DNA from: Bugula neritina
Lineage: Eukaryota; Animalia; Bryozoa
Assembly: GCA_964035545.1 (NCBI GenBank)
Contig: OZ037771.1
Location: 11,908,480-11,972,479, forward strand
Length of the DNA stretch: 64,000 nt
Reading direction: 5' to 3'
The position numbers and the translations under genes are program-made. Position 1 is the stretch's first letter. Every line of letters begins with the position of its first letter. The notes beneath the pieces are model-generated. The model worked only from the letters and a program-made list of their open reading frames with translations. It did no database searches and was not told where the DNA came from. This document shows positions 11,364 through 24,882 of this stretch, piece after piece.

Positions 11364-14300
11364 GAAATGCAACTCTCAATTGCTCGTCCCCCCAGATTTC
11401 TTTTATGATAGCTGATGGATGTTTTTCCACTGCATCACACAAGAAATCTTTTAAATAAGATGGAGGCGCCCTAGTGCGTTGGCTACGCTCCAACTGCACT
11501 GGGGAATTTGCTACGACTGGTGACTCTTCCACCACGGGTGGTGTCGCCAGTACGGGGGGGTCCACCAGTACGGGTGGTCCTCCCCCAGCTGCCTCTTCCT
11601 CATGATTTTGAAGAATTGCCATCTCATCCGGGACGATGGGCCTGTCGACCGGCTCCACAGGTGGTGGGGCCGGCTCTGACAGGTCTTCAGGTGTGTCGAC
11701 CTCCTCTTCCTGGGGTGGGGGAGGCTGGGGCTGGTCGGCCGACGCATCAGCCGCCCCGTCCTGGTCTGGCAGTATCTCCTCAATATCTCGATATGCCATG
11801 GGTCGCCCCCTCATAGGAGGGCGCCTAACTGGCTCTAAGAGAGGAGGTGCTTGACCTGCCGCATCAGGACTTGCCCAGTGAGGTTTTAGTCGTGCCTCGT
11901 TCTGGACCGACACTTGTCCAGACCGTTCCACTTTGTATGTATGGTTTGGCATTACCTCAATTACGCAGTAGGGACCTACGAACTTCGGCTGCAACTTGGC
12001 TTCCTGTCAGCGCCTGCGGCGATGACTGGTCATCCAGACCCAGTCCCCCACCTTGTATAAAGGTGGGTCGTCAGAGTCACCACTCCTGACCTGCCACTGC
12101 TGCTCACGTAGCACCTCGTGAGCCGTCCCCATGCGTTTTACGAGCTTGTCCACGTAGTCATGGACATTGCTCTCGGGAGTCGGAACATGATAGGTTACGT
12201 GCTCAGGAACCCTTGTTTCTCTCCCCAGCATGAGAAAATTAGGGGTCTCCAGTGTACTGGAGTGAGGGGTACTACGGTACGCTCGCATGATCTGCGGCAA
12301 CACCAAGTCCCACTCTTCCTGGCTCCTACCGATAAGCAGGCTTCTTAGAGAGTCCCCTAGCATTCGGTTGTTCCGCTCCACGACCCCGTTCCCTTGCGGG
12401 TGATACGGGGTCGTCCGACTCTGGTTTACCCCCCACACTCTACAGAAATCGCTCATAAGTTGCGACTGAAACTGGGCGCCTTGGTCGGAGTGTATCTGCT
12501 CCGGCAAGCCGAAAGAGCAGAACACCTGCTGATCCAAGGCTCTGGCCACCGAAGGGGCCGACGCATCTGGAATAGCCAGTGCATCAGCCCACCGCGTGAA
12601 ATGGTCAGTTAATACCAGTATCCAGTTATTACCTCTCGCTGTAGTGGGCATGGGGCCTACCAGATCGACAGCAACCACCTGCCACGGACGACCGGCATGG
12701 AGGCGACGCCTCCCTGCGGTCTCAGTGGGGCGGCCATGCTTGCTAGCTTGGCACACCTCGCACTTCCGCACCCGGAGTCGGACATCCCGGGTCATACCGG
12801 GCCAAAACCACTGGAGTTGAAGACACCTGATCACCCGGCTAGCTCCTGCGTGAGCTTGCTTATGGTTGTCCCAGATCAACTCCCGCCTCAGAGCTGACGG
12901 GCAGACTACCCTCTCTCGTTCACTGCGATTGGTGCCGGCTGCCAACATGATCAATAGCAGCCCATCGCTGTTGAACCTGAGGGAGTCCCAGCGGTCACAG
13001 AAATACTTAAACTCAGTACTCTTCACTCGCTGTTCGGCCTCACTCGGCCGCCGTCCCTCCTTCTTGGCCCGGACTAGGTCAGCAACCACTCCTGGTAGCG
13101 TAGACTGGAGCCGACATAGCTCCCTGACGTTCCGAAGCAACGTGGGGTTTGCGTGAAGGTTGTTAACAGCTTTGTTGGGCGATTCGGACAGGAGTTGCCC
13201 TTCTTCCCAGCTGTACACACCCGATTTCCCCAACTGCGCTTCGACGTCTGAGCGAGGGGCTTCACCATCCCTGCGCTCGATATTCTGGCATTGCTTACAC
13301 CCATCTGCCTGGCGGCGGCTGAGTCCATCTGCATTACCGTGTTTCTTACCGGGTCGATGCTCGATCCGATAAGAAAACTCTGCCAGGATCTCTAGCCAGC
13401 GCGCCACTTGGCTTGATGGTTCTGCCCGTCGACACAGCCATATCAGGGACGCATGATCCGTCCGAAGCCGGAATGTGCGCCCATATAGATATGGTCTAAA
13501 GTGTTTGACCGCCTTGACTACTGCCAAGAATTCCCTCCTGGTTGTACAGTAGTTCTTCTCAGGCGCCGACAGGGCCTTGCTATAGTAAGCCACCACCACC
13601 TCGCGACCATCTTGGACCTGCGATAGCACAGCCCCCACATTATGGTTACTGGCATCAGTATCCAAAATGTACTCCTTTGCAGGGTCAGGATACGCCAAGA
13701 TGGGTGCTTCCACCAGGCGATCCTTCAGGTGGTCAAATGCCTTCTGCTCAGCCTGCGTCCACTGCCATCGCACCCCCTTTGCGGTCAGCCGATTCAACGG
13801 CTGTGCAATTCCGGCGAAGGCTGGTATGTACTGACGATAGTACCCTACCAGCTCCAGGAACGCCCGCAATTCAGAGAGGTCGACAAGAACGGCCCAGTCC
13901 CTCACAGCCCGTATCTTCTCGGGGTCGGTGGCGACCCCGTCTCGACCAACTACATAGCCCAGGTACTTGACCTCGCGTTGCAGTAATGCACACTTCGAGG
14001 GCTTTAGCTTCAGGTTAGCAGCTCGGAGTCTGTCGAACACCTCCCTGAGTCGACTGACATGTGTGTCGAAGTCGGGGGAGATGACGATGACATCATCGAG
14101 ATAGATGAGCAAGGTCTTCCAGTGCAGTCCACTCAGAACCTGCTCCATGAGTCGCTGGAAGGTGGCTGGTGCGGACGTAAGTCCGAATGGCAACACCTTC
14201 CATTTCCAGAGCCCATCCCGCGTTATAAACGCGGCCTTGTCCTGTGCTTCAGGACTCAGGGGCACCTGCCAATACCCGCTTAGCAAGTCCAATGTGCTGA

Positions 14301-15888
14301 AGAACTTGCTACCAGCTAAGGCATCGAGCGACTCATCGATCCTCGGGAGAGGGTAAGCGTCCTGGATGGTCACGCTGTTCAGCCTGCGATAGTCAACGCA
14401 AAACCTCCAGGTACCATCCTTTTTCCGAACCAGGACGACTGGAGAACTCCAGGCCCCATGGCCTGGCTCAATCAGGTCCCGGTTCAGAAGGTCTTGCACC
14501 TGACGGCTCACTTCTCTCTCCTTCTCAGGACCTAACCGGCGGGTCGGCTGCCGAATCGGCACCGTCCCCGCCGCCAGGGGTATCTCATGACGGACAGTCT
14601 CAGTCAGACCCATGTCATGGTCGCCGCAACTGAACACGTCCTTGTACTCAGAGAGTAGCCGCGCCATCTCCAGGCGTTCTCGCTTGCTCTCACAGCCATC
14701 ACAGGCATCCTCGTACAACTCTGCTACGTGTTCAGGCACCGGCCCTCTGCCGTCTCTAGTGGGTACTCCCCGGGCGCCGTCCGCTGTTTCCAGCGCGGGC
14801 CCTACATCCTCCTCTTGCACGGAGTGGAACTTCCCTACTAGAGACCCAGCCGGTAATTCTACTGGCTCTGTGAAAGGGTTTACGCACTGGACCAGGAACT
14901 CCCCCCGCTCATCCAGTCTATTCAGACTGTTAGCGAGCTGGACGCCCCCCAGTGCACCTTCTACCACTCCGAGCTCGGAGATTTCCCTACAGTTCACTCT
15001 GCAGCGAACTGTAGCCCGGGAGCGCTCAGGTACGGTACAGCGCTGTACCACCTGCACTCCCCCCACCAAGGGTCGGCCAAATCGGTCGACACAGGCCAGC
15101 TCACGCCCCGCCATCACTACTGCCGACTTGCTAAAGTCTATATAGCACCTGTGTCGTTTCAGAAATGGCATGCCCAAGATGGCATCCTTCTTGAGTTGAC
15201 TGACGATGAAGGTCTCACTGATCATCTGATCACGGACTCTACCAGTCAACTGGATTACCCCATAGAAAGGAATACACGACCCGTCCGCCAACGTGCCGTG
15301 CTCCCCTTCATATGGTTCTAGGCTAGCCCTGTCCCTGGCACTGAGAGTGTCAAAGAGACGTCGACTCAGTAGATTTGTGGTGCACCCAGTATTCAACAGG
15401 AATGTGGCAGCTTTACCAGCAATTTTGCCGGGGAGGAAATAGCTGCTTCCATATGGCTGAGCGCTCACTGAGCGGTTTGTCTCTTGAGGCGACACCTCAT
15501 GTGCATGGAGTTGGGGATGCACCTGTGCTTTTTGGTTGCGAGGGGGTCGTCGACGTTGCATGGGCGGGCAGGGTACGTCTCGGTCTCGCTCACACACGGG
15601 CGGCCGAGTGAATTCTCGGACTGATGCTCGTGTGGGCAACCGAGGAAAATCCCTGTTGTGCTCCCATTCGTCGTTCACTCCCTCATCAAGCAAACCTTCA
15701 AAGCCGTTTTTGAGTGCCCAAGCCGGAGGTATTGGTGGGCCTTGCGGCCGACTCACTCTCCTTGGGGCTTGCCACTCTGGCGAAGGCGGCCTCCTCACCC
15801 GGTGGGGTGGGGGCCGTAGCCTCTGTCTTGGGGGGTTAAACTGGGGCCCACGGTAGGCGGAAGTTACCGTGGGCCGTCGCTGTTTAAC
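11364..15888 (-). pseudogene. pol: pol of Gypsy A (PR-RT-RNaseH-IN) with one nonsense codon and a protease active-site D to N change
   Basis: ORFs 12007-15912 and 11320-11994 are in the same frame, split by one TGA (RRRR*Q versus RRRRGQ in B). LLNTGC versus LLDSGC in B and C. YLDD, LDTDAS, VAVDLVGP, HSDQG, VERNNR and KFVGPY are present. The C-terminal tail is cut by the LINE. Confidence 0.93.
15845..15888 (-). promoter_or_regulatory. -1 ribosomal frameshift signal (gag-pol) of A
   Basis: G_UUA_AAC heptamer, 6-nt spacer, then a perfect 11-bp stem GGCCCACGGTA/TACCGTGGGCC. pol is in the -1 frame relative to gag. Confidence 0.85.
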
Positions 15889-16733
15889 CGCCTCCCACTG
15901 CCGCGGGGGCAACTTCGTAGGAAGTGCCCACCACTACCACAGCCCCAGCATACGGGGCCGCGCCTGTCATCGACAGCTACCGACGACCTCTTGGGTCTCT
16001 CGGCTGTCGCCTGCTGGCGCAGTTGCCTGATCTCGGCTAGCAGTTCTCGAATCAAGCTCGTGGTTAAGCTAGATTCGTCTGCTGCTGCCGCTGCGACCTG
16101 TACAGCTGTCTTCGTTGGCGACATCGACACCTCGTCTGCCCCGACTTGCTGCACTGTCGCACCAGGTCGACTTGCACTGTCGGCTTGGAAATAGGCATTC
16201 CCAAGCCTTAGAGCTCTCTCCATAGTCTCAACTTCGGCCACCAGCAGATGCTGTTTCAGACCGAGGTTGTTAATAGACTGGAGGAATGCATCCAGTGCTA
16301 GGCTCTGTCGACCGCCGGCAGGCAAGTCGCTGTAAGCAACTTGTGCCAGTCGTTCGACTACGGTAGCGTGCTCTCGCAGATTGGTCTTAGGATTTCTCCT
16401 AAGACTCTGCAGTTGCACGCGAGCATCTCGAGCGGTTAATCCAAACCGAGCTCGTATCGCTTCAAATATGTCACCGACATTCTGGCTTATCCCATAGGGT
16501 TTAGCCGGCCCTGTCAGACACAACCGCAGCTTGATCAGAGTAACCCTGTTCGGCCATCCGCAGATGTCCGCCACATCATTGAACTCAGTGATGAATTGCT
16601 CCACATCTTCTTCTCCTGAGAAGATGGGAGCCCGCAAGTGGTACCTGTCCATAGGCAGCGCTGGGCCGCCTATGTGATCCTCCTCTATTGCTGCTGGCTC
16701 CTGTCGGGGCGCGTCAACGACTTCGTCGGCCAT
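15864..16733 (-). CDS. gag: Gag of Gypsy A (289 aa, CCHC zinc knuckle)
   Basis: Starts just after the PBS. Contains APIFSGEEDVEQFI and the knuckle CWGCGSGGHFLRSC. Homologous to the gag of B and C. Confidence 0.92.
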   Translation of the reverse strand: MADEVVDAPRQEPAAIEEDHIGGPALPMDRYHLRAPIFSGEEDVEQFITEFNDVADICGWPNRVTLIKLRLCLTGPAKPYGISQNVGDIFEAIRARFGLTARDARVQLQSLRRNPKTNLREHATVVERLAQVAYSDLPAGGRQSLALDAFLQSINNLGLKQHLLVAEVETMERALRLGNAYFQADSASRPGATVQQVGADEVSMSPTKTAVQVAAAAADESSLTTSLIRELLAEIRQLRQQATAERPKRSSVAVDDRRGPVCWGCGSGGHFLRSCPRGSGRRLNSDGPR

Positions 16734-16767
16734 CTTACTCCCTGGCTAGGGGCATTTGTATTAAGTG

Positions 16768-16787
16768 GAATCCCACCGCTGCCACCA
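16768..16787 (-). promoter_or_regulatory. Primer-binding site for tRNA-Leu
   Basis: Plus strand GAATCCCACCGCTGCCACCA equals the 3' end of metazoan tRNA-Leu (AAG-type) including CCA. It lies 1 nt from the LTR. Confidence 0.9.
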
Positions 16788-16788
16788 G

Positions 16789-17433
16789 TGTAGTGAATTT
16801 TGCCAGTTCACTATTATTATGTGTGGGTCAACTTAATCAAAGCCACTGCACCAGGTTGTTTACGATAAGATACTTTATTATTTACACAAATACAAGAAGG
16901 TTATTTACTGCTAGCATAAATAGAAAACGATTACATAATTAGTGAGCTTTAATACACAACTACTCTAAATGAAGTCCCAAGCTGCTCTGCCGGCTAGCTA
17001 CTCAGCGCACTGCAACTACGAGTAGCTAGCTCCACCTGCTATCAATTAGTGTGACTGTCCTGATTGGCTAGCGTTAGTGGTGCCACTGTCGACTGTAAGA
17101 TATTGTCGGGTAACAGTCTACGCGAGTCGTCTCTGTCGCTACTAATTAACTCCATCACCATAAGCATAACACTAGCATCTGCTACTAAGCAGCTAACTGC
17201 CAGTGCAAACCATTTACGCCTCCTACAGTTGTTGATTCCATTTAACTAGTCTTGCTTTGTTTAACTGCGTGCATTAGTAGCTAGCAATAATTGTCCAGCA
17301 GATTGTACGCATTCGAATTGTCAGCTATTATGATAATTGATCTCCAGTACTTATAGCCATTATGCCAAGCGTATAGAGAGTAAGCCACAAAGAGTTATCC
17401 TTTCGATAATAACATAATTTAAAATCTATTACA
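16789..17433 (-). repeat. 5' LTR of Gypsy A (645 bp)
   Basis: TGTAGTG...ATTACA, matches 5451-6866. Confidence 0.96.
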
Positions 17434-17437
17434 ATAT

Positions 17438-18182
17438 TATATTGAAAAATTGCATTTTGCTGATTTTCATACGCATACCACTTTTCCGTGCGATTTACAT
17501 TAAGCTTGGACATTATAAGGACGTTCAAACTTATGAATTTACAAAATATACTAAATGACCTTACAGAAAATGCTTGTTTAAAAAAGTTTACCATATTCAA
17601 ACATCGGGTTACATCTTTGTGAAGTTGAGCTAATTTTCACATTTTCTTTACTTTGGGTGCCTATAGGCTATCTCGGAAAATATTATTTTAAAAATTACAC
17701 AAATTAATTGGAGTATAAAGTCACTATAATCAACTATTTATGGATAAAATCTATGGAAGTAAAATAATAATTAACGCCTTTTGTGATGTGGCAAATTTTC
17801 GAAATTTTTCAAAATTTACAAAAAATTGCCAATATTCAATGGCTTAGCATATATGCACACAAAGTATTCTGCAGTATGTGTTACTACTAGTGCAAATTGA
17901 TAGGTGTTATCAAATCACACACCAAATTTTAAGGCTCAGTCTAGAAAAATGATTGAGATAAGGACGTTTATATATTGGTCTAAAAGTAAAAATCACAAAC
18001 TTTCCTAAAAAATTTTCCCAACCTTTGTTCAAGGAAGTAGTCATTTTTCAAAAAGTTGTTGTGTCAAGCCAGATAATTCAAAAATAGTACTCAGGACATG
18101 TGTGGGTCCATCTGGTGTAAATCTGAACAAAATCTGAGACGCAAAGGCATGGGCCATTGGTTGAGTTGACGCGGAATGACCC
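17438..18182. mobile_element. Possible right end of the DNA-transposon remnant into which Gypsy A inserted
   Basis: Non-coding AT-rich tract ending in a TIR-like TTGACGCGGAATGACCC. No partner TIR was found in the window. Confidence 0.3.
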
Positions 18183-19899
18183 TGTAGTGTCATATACTGA
18201 CGATGACGTTTTGTTAAACTGTTGGATTTACCACTCAAATCAAGTTTTTACATTTATTTTTGAGTTCAGCAAGTCAAATTACATCAGTTGGGCAACTTTT
18301 GTAATTTTCAAGCAAAAAATAATGTTTGCCTTGTTTTTCCCAGTTTGTACTAAATTAGGCAAACTGACACATGTATGAACATTATTTTAACTATATACAC
18401 ATTTTTTTTTGTATATATAAAATTAAGATTATTTGTACTTATATTACTATATTTTTCTAATAATTATAACATGATTCTTTTCATATATCTATTGGTCTAG
18501 CATAGCCAATACCAGCTATATAGATGCAGCGAGAGATTCTATCTTAAAGAGGTTTATCTTCATTTCTCTCCCCCCCCCCCCTGCAAATTCAGGCTTCATG
18601 TGAGTTTAAATCTTGAGTTAAAGAGATCTTTATTTCTTAGAAAAAAATTATTTTATATATTTAAAGAACATTCTACACAAATACAGGTTTCAATTTAAGC
18701 CTATAATTTACTTATTAAAAATAAAGTAACTCCAATTGTTTTCAACTAGCATCTTTCTGATGGGAATTAACAGATGCTGCTAGCAGGTTGATAGATTTAT
18801 TGCCACAATGATAAAATTGGTAAATAGACTTCATTAGTAGAAAAGCCATTTCTTAGTTGAACATTGAGCAGAAACAATGTACTGGTGGTATATAGCTGTA
18901 AGTATCTACATTCTCTACACTCACAATTTGTAACTTCCTGTATATATTATGAAATTTCATAACTTTGCATATTGTGAATATCATAATACTATATGTTTTA
19001 GATTCTTTTGGTAGTCTGTGGACAGGGAGAAGCTGATAGGAGTAATGACTCAAGGTAAGTGTAGACTATTTGATTGTATTGATATATTATACATATGAGC
19101 TGTCTTTACACATGCACCAGCTGCATGTATTTGACACATTCTTATTGGTGGTGCTGTGGTAGGGCTCTTTTATTAAGTATTGGTTATAGAATTCTATACA
19201 TTAGAGCTTTTTGCGGTCAATAATTTTGCACCTTCTGAATATAACAAGAAATTCGCATATTGTTTTGTAAAACTAAAAACTGCATGTTTAATGATAAAAA
19301 AATAAAATGTATCCTAATATATTTAGCAATCAAATATGCTTTATAATTCTTGAAAATGCAATGAAAAACAACTTAAACAAACGCAAGTGATTTAAAAAAT
19401 CAAATATAGACATAAATTAATTACCCTATATGAGTTTCTGTTTGTGTAGCAAAGCATTGCTACTGATTTTCTATCTATGTAAAAGTTGATAAAAATGAGC
19501 TTGATAATTAATGATGCAATCCAGTAATTTTGTGCAATGCATAAAATTGATTTACTAGCTATAACCAACAACAAAAAAAAGTCGGTGATCCACACACATT
19601 ATTATATTTTAGTTATATTATTTTTACATATAATACCCAAATCATATTATAATGTGTTATATTATTATTGCATACATGTATATTAACCAATGCTATCACC
19701 TAAGTTTTTTAATTTACTATGTTTGCTTTTTCCTACAGCTTCAACACCAAATAAAACTGTTAGTTGATAGATTGAAATATTAACATCTATTTGTCTTTTT
19801 ACTTATTGCGGAACAGGTTTTTGAAAATAGAGAGTTGTTATTTACAAACTCTAACCCCAAATAGTGTATGTAACTTGATAAATATAAAAATAATGGAAG

Positions 19900-21950
19900 C
19901 CTTCTCCTTGAGACTAGTCAAAGTCTACTGACCCCTGATGGGCAGACAACCTCAACTCTTGTGCCAATTTATTTACCAAGCTTTGCACAAATAATTATGA
20001 CTTATGTCGTCTTGGCAAATTGAAACAGTTGCTGCATTATTAAACTATAGAAAATAATAACATTGAGTTTATGGCAGGAAAATGTGGCACCAGAAACTAC
20101 AAAAAATAGGAGTTGGGATGAGACAATTACATTATCGATGAAGAGTACAGATAGATGTCAGGAACCCCGGAAAAGTTTTAGTAACTAAGTAGCATAATCA
20201 TGCCTTCAAGTCTGTTGATACAAAAACAAAAAGCATAGCACAGTAATTCATTTCTCGGAGTTCTTATTGCTTCAGGCTGAACCAAGATAGCCTGCTCCTC
20301 CTTTTCTGATAAGCTAATATCTACTGGTGCAATTCGAATTTGGAGCTTTGAGACTGGCAATTCAGAGTTTCCACGCGACCCCAAATTGGAGGTGTATTCA
20401 AATTCAGTTCCAACAGCAGCTACCAAACCGGTATCTGCTGAGTCCGTAGTATCTGCAAGAAAAGTCTCCAGTGTCCCAAACCGGCTTACTTGGTACCTAT
20501 TTAAACACGGTGTCTCCGCAGTCAAGAGCTGCTCTCCTCTGGTTTACCAACTTTACCACACACTCCTGCACCGAACACTCTGTGTACAGGTACATTGCCA
20601 AGACCAGTCGACAGTAAACCAGCCTGTTTGTTGTAAAGATCATGCTGCTTGCTTTTGATTGGAAAGCAGCTTAGGATGTATCAGAATATATTTTGCATTG
20701 TAATATGATATAAGATTATTATTGTTTTAAGGCAACTTTGACACAATATAACTTGGCAATGGTTTGGGGACATGGTATGTCAGGCGGTTAGAAACCCGGA
20801 TCGCCCAGCCAAAAATTCAGAAGTTGAGGGTGTAACTGGTTGTGTGTTGCCGACTATAAATAACTATTGACCCCATAAACTTCCTATTTATGTTTAGGTG
20901 ACATACGGCAGCAGGCACTACTCATCTGCCTTGTGCTGACTATTAAATTTGTGGTTAGGTCATTGTGGTAGGGTGGCTGTCATTTTTGCCCTACCTCTAA
21001 CAGGTTAGGTTGGTACCCTGAGGCTACCCAGTGAGTGTTTGCTATGTTTTGGGACACAATCATTGTGGTATTTTTTTAGGGGCAATAGTTGTTTATGCAA
21101 TATGCATTTGCATTGGTACAGTAACAACAATCAGAGTATATAAATACCTGGAGTCGATGCATTAGGGATAGCCAGGGAGTCGACTTACTGAGTGAAGTGA
21201 CCTATAAGCACAAGACACAAGTGCTCTCCCTAGCTGATTGGGGCATAGATCGTACCAAGTCAACTAGTATCACCTGCCACAGGTGGCCAGCGTAAAGCAG
21301 GCAACGTCCCAGAGTGTCAGTGGAGCAGTTGTGCTCATTGGCCTGGCAGAATTTTACACTACCATACTCAAAATCGCACATCTTGAGTCTTCCTGGCTCA
21401 GCATCATTTTAACTAGAGGTACCTGGTCATTGTGTTTGCTCTAGCGTAAGCTTAATTATGAGTTTCTTAGATCAGCACTCGCCAAAGAGCAAGTGGGCAC
21501 TTTTTCCTACTGGCGAGGGCTAGCAGCTAGTAAGATGGTCAACAGCCCGTTTTTGTTTAATTGGAGAAATTCCCTTCAAATGCAGAGCTGTTAGAATCCA
21601 ACGCCGTTCTGTCACTGCTCATCCTCGTTCTGCTGTTGTTCCTCCTTCTTGGCCCTTTTCACACCAGACAGCATCTGCTAGAGCTGGCACAGTTCCATTA
21701 AATTTTTGAAAAAGATGGGATTGGCATGGAAGGCATTGACAGCATCAGAACATACTTTTGACGATCATTGGGTTTCCTTTGCCCTGCTCATTGGGTTTGC
21801 TTTTATCAGCTGTTTGGTCTATGCTCAAACAAAAAGCGTCTGTCCCATCTTTTGATGTTCTGGGGTTGCTTACATTCTTCCTTTAGACGTTAGCTCAACC
21901 TGTCGGTGTTCCTGTGCTTATTACTAGCCTGGTGTTCAATCTAGTAGAAT
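19900..21950 (-). mobile_element. Very old, highly degenerate Gypsy-like remnant
   Basis: GC-richer block whose minus strand gives faint RT, RNase H and integrase-like fragments in the expected order. No intact motifs. Confidence 0.35.
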
Positions 21951-22879
21951 AACTTGGAAATAATCTATAGCCAACGGGCAACATGACTGAATAGCTCAGC
22001 TCATTCACACAATCATATCAACGATGCATGGTCAGTTCATAACCCAAACCTTCTCTTACACAGATATTATTGAAAGTGCTTGACAGCTTTGATTGCTTTT
22101 TGAATTTTCTCCTTGGTAGTGCAGTACACAGGATAGTTAAGGGCAACCTTTTAGCTGCAACTGCCTTGCTGACGTTTGCATTGTAATCATATAAGAATTC
22201 AGTACCAGTAAAATAAAATCTCACCTAATTGTGCTAGAGTCAAAATTTAAAAACTATGCTGTAGATCTTCTTTTCCTCCACGGTACCTTTTTTGGAAATT
22301 TCAATTTTCATTTTTTTTTGCAAAGTTATAGACAAAAAACTGCCCAATTTTGGCCAATTTTGCCTGAAAAGCTGACTTTTCAGTACCAGTAAAATACCTC
22401 AGCAGCAAAGCAGGATATCTGAATAAAAATTGCACTGCTGGAATCCTGAGATATTTCCCCAGGGTAATTTTTTTTCCAATAACTCTTCTAGATTGCCCAC
22501 AAATTGGTGATTTATACACTGAAAATGCCATATTTTTTCATGGGTAATTAGCAGCGGCGCAGCACTTCACGCTTCAATGAGCACGTAGAGATGAGAAGAT
22601 ATTGGCACGTACATGCTAATTACAGGCTTGCTAGCTGGCAGGCTATAATGAATAGCTTGCTTTGTACTTTGTTTATGTAGCACCCATGATGGAATGTTGA
22701 TAGATAACACAGCCCTAATGAAGGTTGCTGCTTATTGGTTGTAGTTTGATCTTAGGCTAAACAATTGCAAGTAGGCAACACGCATACCACCCGCAGAGCA
22801 ATATTATTCAAGAACCTAAACTACATTTTGAGAGAAATTTATGATATTCTTAGTGAGGATGCCCTTAACTATCCTGTGT

Positions 22880-24882
22880 AACTTGTTGGCAGTCGAGAGT
22901 AAGCCATTACAACCTCGTGACCAAGACTTCTCTACCAACTTGAAACTGGGACAGCACTGCCCCCACACTGTTGTCGCTGGTGTCGGTGTCTAGGATGTAC
23001 TCTTTTGCTGGGTGGAGGTAGACTAAGATTGGTGCCTTCTCTAATCAGCCATTGAAGTGGTTAAAAGCCTGTTGCTTTTTTTTAATATATTGCTACTTAA
23101 CCGCCTTAGCGGTTAGCCAATTCAAAGGCAATGCAATGGTTCTAGGAATGCTTGCAATTTATGAAGGTCTTGAAAGACAGTTTAGTCTCTAAAAGTTTCT
23201 ATCTTGTCATAATTCGTGGCAACGTCGTATCAGCTAACTATATGTCCCAAGCACTTTATTTTCCACTGTAAGAAAACACAATTGAAAGGCTTCAGCTTGA
23301 TAGATGCGACACTGAGCTGATCAAAAACCTCCTGCAGACAACTGACATGTGTCAGGATTTTTGAAGAGATTACGGTGGCATCACCCAAATAGACCAGCAG
23401 CGTCTTTCAGTGTGACTCACTAAAGACTAGCGATCTATGAGTCATTGAAAAGTGGTCAGCCATAATAACAATATGTTCCAATTCTAGAGCCCGTCGAGTG
23501 TGATAAACGCTGGCTTTTTCCTAGGCATCAACATTTACGGGGTACTTTTTATTTATCATGCAGCAGGTTCTACATGCTGAAGCACTTGTTTCCAGTGAGG
23601 GCATTTAGTAACTCATCTATGCAGGAAAGGGGTAGGGGGCCTGGATAGTAACTCTAGCTAGCTGAGCTGGCGGAATTACACACATATTCTCTGATTCCCA
23701 GCTTTCTTCTTGACCAAAGCAACTGGCAAGCTCGAGCTGGCTCAATTGGGTCACGGTCAAAAAAGACTTGTACTTGACCAATCACCTTCATCTTTTTCTC
23801 CGGTCTTAGTTGTCAATTGAGTTGCCTGATAGAAACAGTCCTGCAGCCAAAAGTATCTTATAGCAGAATACCTGGTTCAAGCCCATATTATTGTCCTTCA
23901 TGACTGAACACCCGGTACTCCTGCAGTAATTGGGTCATCTATCAGCGCTCTAGATAACTCCCACAGCCACCACAGGCACCCTAATACAGCTTAGCCATGT
24001 GTTCAAAGAAAGGTCTCCTGCTGGACCTGAGTGGCCTCCTCGAAATACTAGCTGCCGCCTCCAGCGCAGGCCTCACATCTTCCTTTAGGAAAAAATAGTG
24101 TTCACCACCAGCAAGGCAGCCAACAACTTTACCGGCTCCATGAAAAGATTGATGCACTGCCTTAGGAATTCTCTCCGGCAATATTTTCAATTCAAGCTGT
24201 CAGATCTTCTCATAATGTAGCTCTCTTTTGCAACTCATAGCTCAGAGATCCTTTGACAGTTGACTTGACTGTGCTGTCTTGACTTACCTACACTCTCCTC
24301 ATTTTTGGTTTACCAAACTGTTTCACACAGGAAGGTTTTTTTCAAGCTATGATCACCGCAAAACACTAGAAGTTAATGTAGCACTGATGCTTTTCCAGCA
24401 ACGGCATGCCCAAGATGGCATGGTTTTTCAGGACCTGATCATAAACTTTCACAGGTAGTGAAACGATACATGCAGAATAAAATGCATGATCTGTTTGCCA
24501 AGGTACAATGTTCATTTTTATATGCAGGCGAGCTCTAACATCACGGGATGGTTTCTAAAATTGGGAGTGCCCACTTTGCACTGCTTGCCTCGGACTGTCA
24601 GACAGGATCTCAACTGTAGTATAGTATTACCAGCACCAGCCATTTGTCGACGACTGCAATATCTCGAAATTTAGTACTGAGCTGCTCCAGATCCTTTTGT
24701 CGTTGAATATTGGCTTTGTTTTCACAAAGTGCCTGAACTATGGCTTCTAATGCAAAATATTTCTCCGCTGGTTTGCTATCTTTATGTGCCTCCTTTGGCC
24801 CACTGGCTGATTTTTCAGGCTTCATCTAAGTCTTCTTTTGGTTAGAATGGTATTATCTTTTTTCTAGAATCTCACCACTGCC
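22880..24882 (-). mobile_element. Degenerate Gypsy copy of the same lineage (PBS, gag, PR, RT and RNase H remnants)
   Basis: The minus strand encodes APILVYLHPAKEYILDTD and AILGMPLLEKHQCYINF. A decayed tRNA-Leu PBS GAATCTCACCACTGCC lies at 24867-24882. Confidence 0.8.

Larger units (their letters stand above)
5451..17433 (-). mobile_element. Full-length Ty3/Gypsy LTR retrotransposon A, carrying a nested RTE LINE and a nested MITE
   Basis: TG...CA LTR pair, TSD ATAT (5447-5450 and 17434-17437), tRNA-Leu PBS, gag, pol in PR-RT-RH-IN order, PPT. Confidence 0.97.

Noticed and set aside
12007-12009. Programmed readthrough or selenocysteine at the TGA in pol of A
   Set aside because: B and D have Gly (GGA) here, so a single nonsense mutation is simpler.
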